Below, in pieces: positions 38,701 to 49,204 of a stretch of DNA of 57,192 nucleotides. The notes below the pieces were generated by a model. It had not been told where the DNA came from and ran no database searches. It worked only from the letters and a program-made list of their open reading frames with translations. The stretch is from Reclinomonas americana ATCC 50394 (Eukaryota). The first letter of the stretch is position 1; each line of letters begins with the position of its first letter. The stretch lies in assembly GCA_048213135.1 (NCBI GenBank), contig PS015262.1, forward strand, positions 22,300 through 79,491, given 5' to 3'. The position numbers and the translations under genes were made by a program.

Positions 38701-41700
38701 CCTCGGTCTGCGTCGCCAATCGGGCATTGACAGCGTCCAACTCTCCGCGAATCTCGTCACGCTCGGCCACCGTCCTGTGCGTGAGTCGCGCCAAGTTAGC
38801 GTCGGAAAAAGTCGGAAACAACTGCAAAGCAATAAACACACTTCTCCAGCGAAGCCTCAGTGCGGTGAACCAGCTCCTTTTCGCTGGTCAATTCGCTGGT
38901 CAGCGTCACAGTGCGATCCTGCAAATTGTCGACATCGCGGCATGCGGCATCCAGCTCCGCCGACAGGCCAGAGAGTCGGTTGGTGAGTTGCGTATTCTCC
39001 TCAGCCGACTTGACCACTTGTGCGCGCAACGTCTCGCACTCGGCGGTCGAGCTGTGGGACCTCTTGAGTACAAACATAGGAGGAAACGCTGGNNNNNNNN
39101 NNNNNNNNNNNNNNNNNNNNNNNNNNNNNNNNNNNNNNNNNNNNNNNNNNNNNNNNNNNNNNNNNNNNNNNNNNNNNNNNNNNNNNNNNNNNNNNNNNNN
39201 NNNNNNNNNNNNNNNNNNNNNNNNNNNNNNNNNNNNNNNNNNNNNNNNNNNNNNNNNNNNNNNNNNNNNNNNNNNNNNNNNNNNNNNNNNNNNNNNNNNN
39301 NNNNNNNNNNNNNNNNNNNNNNNNNNNNNNNNNNNNNNNNNNNNNNNNNNNNNNNNNNNNNNNNNNNNNNNNNNNNNNNNNNNNNNNNNNNNNNNNNNNN
39401 NNNNNNNNNNNNNNNNNNNNNNNNNNNNNNNNNNNNNNNNNNNNNNNNNNNNNNNNNNNNNNNNNNNNNNNNNNNNNNNNACAAACAAACGCACTTGTTG
39501 AGCGCCTCTGTCAGCTCGACGACTTGCGCATTCTGGTTCTGCATCTCCTTGTAGTTCGACTCAATGGTGGCACGCAGAGCGCTCATCTCCTGCTGATGGC
39601 GCGCGAATTCGGCTGTGGTGCTCGCGAAGTCGCCAGAGAGCGCTTCCAACTGTTGCAGTTGCGACGCTGACTTGCTTTCGGCCTCCTCCAAGTTGTGCTG
39701 CAGTCTGCATGTCCGCGTACACGTGAGCAGGGACGCCAACGCGAATCACATGGAATGGATAAACGACGCAACTCTGCCACTTCCTTCTCCAACGCATCGC
39801 ACTTGGACTCGTGCTGCGACAACATCATGGTGATTCTGGCGTGCATACAGTGTAAGTGACGTACGCAGAACCAAAACACAAGGCGTGCACGCTACACAAC
39901 TGCGACTGCAACGTGGCAGCCTCCTTGGTGGCCGCGTCGCGCTGCTCCGTCACCTCAGCCTTCTGTGCCAGCTCGCGCTCCAAGTGGGCGCGCACCTCTG
40001 CCAAATTGGCTTCGAGACTCGACCGGTGCGAATCACTGCGTTCGGCCGTCGCCTGCAGCGACGTATGGGCACTCTGCAGCGTCTTGTGCTCCTCATTCAG
40101 CGACGCGTGCTGCTGTTGCAGAGACGCGTGCTTGACAGAGAGCGCCTGGAACTGCTGTTGGGACTCTTNNNNNNNNNNNNNNNNNNNNNNNNNNNNNNNN
40201 NNNNNNNNNNNNNNNNNNNNNNNNNNNNNNNNNNNNNNNNNNNNNNNNNNNNNNNNNNNNNNNNNNNNNNNNNNNNNNNNNNNNNNNNNNNNNNNNNNNN
40301 NNNNNNNNNNNNNNNNNNNNNNNNNNNNNNNNNNNNNNNNNNNNNNNNNNNNNNNNNNNNNNNNNNNNNNNNNNNNNNNNNNNNNNNNNNNNNNNNNNNN
40401 NNNNNNNNNNNNNNNNNNNNNNNNNNNNNNNNNNNNNNNNNNNNNNNNNNNNNNNNNNNNNNNNNNNNNNNNNNNNNNNNNNNNNNNNNNNNNNNNNNNN
40501 NNNNNNNNNNNNNNNNNNNNNNNNNNNNNNNNNNNNNNNNNNNNNNNNNNNNNNNNNNNNNNNNNNNNNNNNNNNNNNNNNNNNNNNNNNNNNNNNNNNN
40601 NNNNNNNNNNNNNNNNNNNNNNNNNNNNNNNNNNNNNNNNNNNNNNNNNNNNNNNNNNNNNNNNNNNNNNNNNNNNNNNNNNNNNNNNNNNNNNNNNNNN
40701 NNNNNNNNNNNNNNNNNNNNNNNNNNNNNNNNNNNNNNNNNNNNNNNNNNNNNNNNNNNNNNNNNNNNNNNNNNNNNNNNNNNNNNNNNNNNNNNNNNNN
40801 NNNNNNNNNNNNNNNNNNNNNNNNNNNNNNNNNNNNNNNNNNNNNNNNNNNNNNNNNNNNNNNNNNNNNNNNNNNNNNNNNNNNNNNNNNNNNNNNNNNN
40901 NNNNNNNNNNNNNNNNNNNNNNNNNNNNNNNNNNNNNNNNNNNNNNNNNNNNNNNNNNNNNNNNNNNNNNNNNNNAGTTGCGTCATTGGTCGCCGTCGTG
41001 CACTCCTCTCCGTCTGTCCACTCACCGTCGTCGTCCATCGCAGACTCAACAGCGAGCTGGGTACGACTCGTGCCGATATCATGTCACTGAGTTCGAATGT
41101 GCAGCAGTTTCGTATGACTCCCCAAGTTCTACGAAAGCACAAATCGTCTCGTGTTCCTCACACCCGCGTGATGCGAACAGGTTGAAGAGCGAGATTGGCT
41201 CGCTTCAGTCCACTGTTCAGCAGCTGGAAGGAGACAAGGCTCGCGCGGAGAAGACGCTGAGTGAGACCGAGCAGCAGGTCAGCACGCTCCACTTCCAGCA
41301 CCGGGCGGTGGAGTCGGCGAAATCGCGACTGGAGAAGTCGTTGGCGGACGCCGAGAAGGCTCAGCAGGCGCAAAGCGCTGAGCTGGCGGAGACGAAACAG
41401 GCGCTCGATTCGCTACGGGCGCAATATGCGGCGCTGCAGGGTTCACTCGGTGACACGTCGCAGTCTCTGGCCGCCACCGTGGAGCAGCTGCNNNNNNNNN
41501 NNNNNNNNNNNNNNNNNNNNNNNNNNNNNNNNNNNNNNNNNNNNNNNNNNNNNNNNNNNNNNNNNNNNNNNNNNNNNNNNNNNNNNNNNNNNNNNNNNNN
41601 NNNNNNNNNNNNNNNNNNNNNNNNNNNNNNNNNNNNNNNNNNNNNNNNNNNNNNNNNNNNNNNNNNNNNNNNNNNNNNNNNNNNNNNNNNNNNNNNNNNN

Positions 41701-44700
41701 NNNNNNNNNNNNNNNNNNNNNNNNNNNNNNNNNNNNNNNNNNNNNNNNNNNNNNNNNNNNNNNNNNNNNNNNNNNNNNNNNNNNNNNNNNNNNNNNNNNN
41801 NNNNNNNNNNNNNNNNNNNNNNNNNNNNNNNNNNNNNNNNNNNNNNNNNNNNNNNNNNNNNNNNNNNNNNNNNNNNNNNNNNNNNNNNNNNNNNNNNNNN
41901 NNNNNNNNNNNNNNNNNNNNNNNNNNNNNNNNNNNNNNNNNNNNNNNNNNNNNNNNNNNNNNNNNNNNNNNNNNNNNGATGGTTCACGGCGCGATCCTTC
42001 TCGAGCTGTTGCGTCAGCGCGGCAGATTCCTGGCGCGAGCTCGCCAAATCGGTCTCCACTGCAGCCTTACTCGCCTCGAGCGTTTGAATCGTGGCACGAG
42101 CTGCGGCGAGATCTTGACGCAATCTGGCGGAATGTTACATCAGTAACTGTCGAGCTCAGCCACGGATGACGGATGACATTGTAGACAACGCAACTGTTGT
42201 TCGGCAGCACGCACAGCACCCAGTTCTTGCTGTCCGGCACCCACGCTGCTCTCCAGCTCCACCTTTGCGGCACTGAGAGTCTGCACGGTGTTTTGCGTGG
42301 TGGACAGTTCGCTCTTGAGGCTGTGGAAGGGAAAGTGTGAGGAACCCTTCACCAAGATAGTCCAAGAAGCGAGGTGCTGACAGACCTGGCCACGACATCT
42401 CGCTCCGCGTGCAGTTGCTGCGACAAGGACGAGCACTCCTTTTGTGACGTTCCCAGTGCGCCTTCCAGCTCCACCTTCGCAGCACTCAGAGTCTGCACGG
42501 TGCTTTGCGCGGTGGACAGTTCGNNNNNNNNNNNNNNNNNNNNNNNNNNNNNNNNNNNNNNNNNNNNNNNNNNNNNNNNNNNNNNNNNNNNNNNNNNNNN
42601 NNNNNNNNNNNNNNNNNNNNNNNNNNNNNNNNNNNNNNNNNNNNNNNNNNNNNNNNNNNNNNNNNNNNNNNNNNNNNNNNNNNNNNNNNNNNNNNNNNNN
42701 NNNNNNNNNNNNNNNNNNNNNNNNNNNNNNNNNNNNNNNNNNNNNNNNNNNNNNNNNNNNNNNNNNNNNNNNNNNNNNNNNNNNNNNNNNNNNNNNNNNN
42801 NNNNNNNNNNNNNNNNNNNNNNNNNNNNNNNNNNNNNNNNNNNNNNNNNNNNNNNNNNNNNNNNNNNNNNNNNNNNNNNNNNNNNNNNNNNNNNNNNNNN
42901 NNNNNNNNNNNNNNNNNCTCTTGAGGCTTTTGAAGGGAAGTGTGAGGAACTTTCACCAAGAACAGTCAAGAAGCGAGGTGCTGACAGACCTGGCCACGAC
43001 ATCTCGCTCCGCGTGCAGTTGCTGCGACAAGGACGAGCACTCCTTCTGTGACGTTCCCAGCGCGCCTTCCAGCTCCACTTTCGCAGCACTCAGAGTCTGC
43101 ACGGTGGTTTGCGCGGTGGACAGTTCGCTCTTGAGGCTACGAGCATACGACAATGGTCAGCGTCACGCACGCACGCAGAGCTGCACAGACAACCAGCAGC
43201 ACACCTGACCACCGTCGCCTGATCTGCACTCAGCTGCTGCGCCAGTGTGGAACACTGCTGCTTGCTGTCAGTCAGTGCCGCATCCAGTGCAGCTCCTCGC
43301 TGCAACGCTTCGTCCTTGGCGACCGTAGTGGACGAGAGCATTTCTCGCGTCTCCTGCAACGTGGCTTGCAGCCTACGGTAGATGTTAGCCGTGGAGCAGA
43401 AATCAGTGCGCAACAATGTCAGTCATCCACGCACTGTTGTGATTGTGCGCTGCTCTGCCGCAGCTCCGCATCCAGCTTGCTGTGCGCCGCCTGTGCACTC
43501 TCCAACTGACCGTTCAGGCGCTCAACAGAAGCCTTTTCTTCACCCAGCAGCCGTCGAAGCCTGGTTGCAAGAACTGTAAGCACATTTGCGCCTCACGCAC
43601 AGGCAAATGGCGCGAGTACGCAACTCCTCCATCTCCTGTTCGCTCTTGGCGCGCAGGCTAGTCAAGGCGCCCTCCAGCTGCGATTTGGCCTCACTCAGAG
43701 CCTTGATTTGCGAGGCTTGCCTGTGACACAGATTCAGTCAGTGTTTGAGCAACAAACGGGTAGGATTTCAACCACAGTCACCCAACTCGGCGAGTTGAGT
43801 GTCCTGCAATTTGCCGCGCTGCTCCAGCTGCGTTGCATGTTCCTTGAGCTGCGCATTTTCGCTCGCTGACGCCTCGTTCTGCTGCATCGAGCTCACAAGC
43901 TTGGCCGAGGTTCTGCGCGTGTAGAATCATGGGTAAGACACAAAACACGGAGAGCAAATAAACATGGAGGCACTCAGCGCAACTGCTCAAAGCGTGAGCG
44001 CAACGCCGCGATTTCCTCGCCACGTGCGGCCACTTGCCCTTGCAAACTGCGCGCAGCACACGAGTTAAGCACCAACATCAATAACAAATATCAGCGTGAT
44101 CTTCTATAGATTTCCTCTTCCGCAACTCGTGGACCTTGTCGGTGCTCTCCTTCAGCTGAGCTCGCACCGCTGTCAGCTCGCCGCGCGTAGCCTGCAATTC
44201 ACCCTCCTGCAAGTGCTTGGCGCTGCTGGCGGCGTCCAGCTCGCTCTGCAGTCGCGTGCATTCGTGTCGGCTGGCTTCGATGCGCGTCTCGGCGGCGACC
44301 AGTGCCGCCTCCTTGGAGGTCAGCACCTCCGACCGCAAATCAAGTGTCATGGTGAGCTCCTCCACACGCGACTCGGCCGCCTCCAGGCCCTCGGCCAACT
44401 CCACGAGCTGCGAATCGCGCTCGGCCAGATTCGCCTGCGCAGCGGCGAGCTCGTCGGCACGTGCCTTGAGCGCCGCCGTTGCCTTGCTCAGCTCCTCCTC
44501 GGCCTTCTTCAGCTTGTCGCCGGCCGCTTTCGCCGCCTGCTGTGCGTCGGTCGCCCGCTGCTCGCTCTCCTTGGCACGATCCTCGGCAATGGAGGCCCGT
44601 GCCGACAGCTCGCCCACATGCGTCTGCAACGACGCGATCGTCTCCTTCTGGGACGACATGGCGGCCTCGCGCCGATGCAGCGTCTCCGCTACCACCTCTG

Positions 44701-47700
44701 CCATGCGTTTCTGCAACTGCGCGTTGGTCTCCTGTTCGCGAGCGAGGCGCTCGCGAGTAGCCGCCAGTTCCTGTTGTGCGACTTGCAGCTCGTCTTCCAG
44801 TACCTGGCGTTCCTCGTGTACGCCGCGGACCTGGGAGGATAGAGGGGAGGGAGGGGAGAAGGGGGAAGGAGGGGGAAGGGAGGGGAGAAGGGGAGGAGGA
44901 AGGAAGAAGGTGAGCAACAAGGGAGGGAGAGGGAAACAGAGAAAAGAGAGAAAATAGGGGAAAGGAGAAGGGCGCAAGAGGGAAAGAAATGAAGAAGACA
45001 AAGGAGAAGGGGAAAAAGTAGAAGAGGCAGGAGAAAGGAAACGGAGTGAGCGGGACAAATAGAATGGAGGGAGAGGAAATGACAGAAGGAGAGAAACGGA
45101 CATGAAAGGAGGGGAGAATGAAGGGGGCATGAGAAAAAGAGAGAATGAAGACTTCGGGAACGGAGGAGGCAAAGGATAGGGGCAGAGGAAGAGGAAACCA
45201 GCGATTCGAAGGAAGACGAACGCAGATGACGGGAAAGAGAGTGGAAATAAAGAACCCACCAGAGACAGCGATGACAGACTACATGTGAATGGATCAAGCA
45301 GGAGATAGGAAGTAGATGTCGCACGCAAACAGAGGGGAGAGAGATATGAAAGAGAGATATAGGAAGAGAGACAGAGAGAATGGAAGAGAGAGAAAAAAAG
45401 AGAGTTAGGAAGAAGAGAGAGAGAGATTGAGTGCGCGCGCGACAGGGAGAGTGACAGAGAGAAAGAAAAAGAAAGTAGAATGGCGCTGCGAACAGAGAGA
45501 GAGAGAGAGAACAAAGGAAGACGAGAGATAGAGAGAGAAGAAAGACGGGAGAACGAGAGAGAGAAGAGCGCTGCAGAACCATGACAGCGACAAGCAACTG
45601 AAGGACAGAGCAAGCGCCCACTTCTGCACCTGCACCTCACCCCCCACCCCCTCACCTCCTGCTCCACCAAGTGATAGCGCTCCTGCACAGTNNNNNNNNN
45701 NNNNNNNNNNNNNNNNNNNNNNNNNNNNNNNNNNNNNNNNNNNNNNNNNNNNNNNNNNNNNNNNNNNNNNNNNNNNNNNNNNNNNNNNNNNNNNNNNNNN
45801 NNNNNNNNNNNNNNNNNNNNNNNNNNNNNNNNNNNNNNNNNNNNNNNNNNNNNNNNNNNNNNNNNNNNNNNNNNNNNNNNNNNNNNNNNNNNNNNNNNNN
45901 NNNNNNNNNNNNNNNNNNNNNNNNNNNNNNNNNNNNNNNNNNNNNNNNNNNNNNNNNNNNNNNNNNNNNNNNNNNNNNNNNNNNNNNNNNNNNNNNNNNN
46001 NNNNNNNNNNNNNNNNNNNNNNNNNNNNNNNNNNNNNNNNNNNNNNNNNNNNNNNNNNNNNNNNNNNNNNNNNNNNNNNNNNNNNNNNNNNNNNNNNNNN
46101 NNNNNNNNNNNNNNNNNNNNNNNNNNNNNNNNNNNNNNNNNNNNNNNNNNNNNNNNNNNNNNNNNNNNNNNNNNNNNNNNNNNNNNNNNNNNNNNNNNNN
46201 NNNNNNNNNNNNNNNNNNNNNNNNNNNNNNNNNNNNNNNNNNNACGCGACAGCTCCTGCAACATGTGCTCCGAGTTCTCCACTCGCGGCACCAGCTTTTG
46301 CGTCATCGAGTCGAACTCGGCCAGTGTGTTGAGACTGGCCTCGTACATGTTCATCACGCGCTCCAGCTCCTCGCGATGCTCCGCACGCACACGATGGAAC
46401 GAGGCGACCTCGACCAGCTGCGAACGGAACGAGTGCTCGCGGGTGGAGATTTCGCGCTGCAGACGCTCGATCTCGGTGCGCTGCTCGCCAATCAGCTTCT
46501 CGTACTGCGCCTTCTCCTCCGAGGCCACCGTGCGCTCCACCTCCTGCAGTGTCTGCCGCGAGCGGTACTCGACGAGCAGTGACTCGGCGGCACGTTGCCG
46601 CTTGGATCGTTGTTCCGCTGTGTGATGAGCAAGGGTGAGTGACGAGTGGGTACAGCAGTGGACGACTGGACTGCGAAGTGNNNNNNNNNNNNNNNNNNNN
46701 NNNNNNNNNNNNNNNNNNNNNNNNNNNNNNNNNNNNNNNNNNNNNNNNNNNNNNNNNNNNNNNNNNNNNNNNNNNNNNNNNNNNNNNNNNNNNNNNNNNN
46801 NNNNNNNNNNNNNNNNNNNNNNNNNNNNNNNNNNNNNNNNNNATGATACCCTTGGTCTCGCCGGAACTCTCGTCCGCCGTCAGTGCCTCCAGACGCCCCA
46901 TGGTAAGCGTCAACTCATCCTGCAGGCTCTTGGCGCGCTGCTCGGCCTCTCGCAAGGCGGTCTGTTGGGAGAAACGGTGTGAGAGAATCGAGCGTGACAC
47001 CTCCCTGCACAAAAAATCAATCACTGCACCTCATTGTGCTCGAGGCGGGCAGTCAGCTTGCCGTTCTGATCACGCAGCGACACAATCTCCTCGGCGCGCG
47101 ACTCCAGCTGCGCTCGCTGCTCGTTCTGCGAGTGCAACAGCACATCGCTGCCGGATACACCGCCGGCCAGGCGCTTCTCCAACTCTTGCAGACGCGCGGC
47201 ATCGTTTTGGAAAATCAGCAGCTGCGCCTCGGTACGGTTGAGGCGGTCGCGAGTGCGATGCAATTCGGACTCGGTGCTGGCCAGGCGGTCGAGGGCGACT
47301 TTTAGCTGGCCTTCCAGGGCGACCACGAACTAAAAGGGGGGGGGGGTAAGAGGAAGGGGTTAGGGGGAAGGGGGACACAGGGGAAAGGGGAAGGGAGATG
47401 GGGAAAGGAGGAAAAAAAGAGAAGTGAAAGAAAGTGCACAGAGAGGGTATGCGCGTGTCCAGTGGACCAGGAGCCGGAGAGAGAGAAAGAGATGGAGGAA
47501 GAGTACGTGTACAGAATAGAGAGTGACACGCAGAGCGCTCGTGTGTTTGTGCAAGACAGTGTAAGCGTGTGCAACGGATCAGGAGCCGGAGAGAGAGAGA
47601 GACACACACACACGGAGGAAGAGTGTGTGCAGAATAGAGAGTGACATGCAGAGCGCAGCGGTTTGTGCGAGAGAGTATGCGCCCAATGGACCAGCAGCCA

Positions 47701-48265
47701 GACAGACACATACGCAGAGTGCGTAAGGGAGAGCAGAGAGCGAGTGTGTTTGCAAGTGCTCAGTTGGTCGAGCACTCTCATCTATACTCTCTTCTCTTCA
47801 CACGCCCTCAACATATGCGTCTGTCTAGCTGATGGTCCATTGTGTACGTGAGAGTGTCTCCCTAGTGCACTCTCTTCCCTCTCATTCTCTCCCCCACTTT
47901 CTCTGCAACATGCGTCTCTGGCTGCTGGTCTATTATGCACTCACGCACTCTCTCTTTTTCTTTCTCTCTTACCTCTTCCGCATCATCCGCCACTGTCGGC
48001 GACGAGACCCCCGATGCACCAGCAGCAGCAGCAGAGGGACCCGACGGCGAGGTGACACCAAGGGAGGCCAGCACAGCTTGCGACGCGTCCGGCACTGTGC
48101 CGCCGCATTCGCGAATCGTGTGCTCGAGACGCGACAGTACGCGCGCCTGCTCGTCGACTTGTGCGCCCAGCGTGCGATCGCCAGTGGCGATGTATTGCTG
48201 GCGGAGGGCAGTGAAGCGGTCCAGGGTGGTGGCGAACTCGCGGAGGGCGGATTCGAGGGCGGCGC
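32773..48265 (-). CDS. Giant coiled-coil protein with internal tandem repeats and Pro/Gln/Ser-rich tail; many gaps; 5' end missing
   Basis: More than 20 exons encode continuous E/L/A/Q-rich heptads (e.g. ORFs 33334-34614, 36274-38334 and the exon at 44110-44830) joined by frame-preserving GT-AG introns. It could be more than one gene. Confidence 0.75.
36510..37707 (-). repeat. Coding tandem repeat, about 9.5 x 126 bp (42 aa made of two 21-aa halves)
   Basis: Unit TSEEHGQQLxAELATAREQLAASGQEGHQLGEQIATLKQQLA is directly visible in the ORF. Confidence 0.95.
40977..41491 (+). other. Gap-flanked contig carrying a coiled-coil exon opposite in orientation to its host gene (probable scaffolding inversion)
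   Basis: Plus-strand exon LKSEIGSLQSTVQQLEGDKARAEKTL... resembles minus-strand exons at 41979-43136; bounded by N runs on both sides. Confidence 0.75.
42248..43136 (-). repeat. Tandem exon+intron duplication (about 210-bp unit: 147-nt exon plus 63-65-nt intron)
   Basis: Near-identical exons LKSELSTAQxTVQTLSAAKVELEGALGTSQKECSSLSQQLHAERDVVAR and near-identical introns 42321-42385 and 42927-42989; the gap interrupts the array. Confidence 0.9.
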
Positions 48266-49161
48266 CTGGAAAGGGGAGAGGGATAAAAGGGGAAAGGAGA
48301 GGGGTGAGAATGAGAACGAAACAGGCATTTAAAGGATGTGATAAGGGCAGCGAAGAATCGGAAGAGATGAGGGAAAAGAATGGGGAGAAGTGGCGAGGCA
48401 ACTCAAGATGAGAGTCGAATGAAAGGAAGGAGAAAAGGAATGAGAACCAGGCAGTCAAATGAGGGCACCGAAGAGAGAGGGGAAAGAAAAGTGGCAAAGA
48501 AAGGAAACAGAGAAGAAAGAGAGGGGAGAGAAACAGTGAGACAAGAGAAGAGCGCGACGTGAACGGAGAAGAGAAGAGGGAAAGGAGGAAGAGAACCAGA
48601 GGAAGGGGAAGAAAGAGTGGAAAGAGACAGGGAAGAACAGCCCTTCCTCCCCCCAGCTTGTTTCGTTCGCTGTCTGGTCTCTTGCCTCCCCCGTCCCCTT
48701 CCAGTTGCCTTTCACCTGCTGTCGTGGACTGTTTCTTTCTCATTCTCTCTCTCTCTCTCTCTCTCTGTGGAAACAGAAGAAAGAGTAAAAGGGTGAATCG
48801 AGAATCAGTGAGTGTCTCGCAACAACCGTCGAGAAACAGAAACTGAAGCATGCGAACGACAGAGTGCAACGAATCAATGCATGCAAGAGCACACCACACG
48901 CACTCTCTTCTCTCTCAACGAACGCATACGCGCGCAAGAGAGACACTCAATACAATGCGTCACCTCAGACTCACACACAACGCGCGCAATCTCACTCTTC
49001 TCTCTCTCTCTCTTTCTCTCTCTCNNNNNNNNNNNNNNNNNNNNNNNNNNNNNNNNNNNNNNNNNNNNNNNNNNNNNNNNNNNNNNNNNNNNNNNNNNNN
49101 NNNNNNNNNNNNNNNNNNNNNNNNNNNNNNNNNCTCTCACACTCACTCACACTCTCACTCC

Positions 49162-49202
<41 letters not shown>

Positions 49203-49204
49203 AG

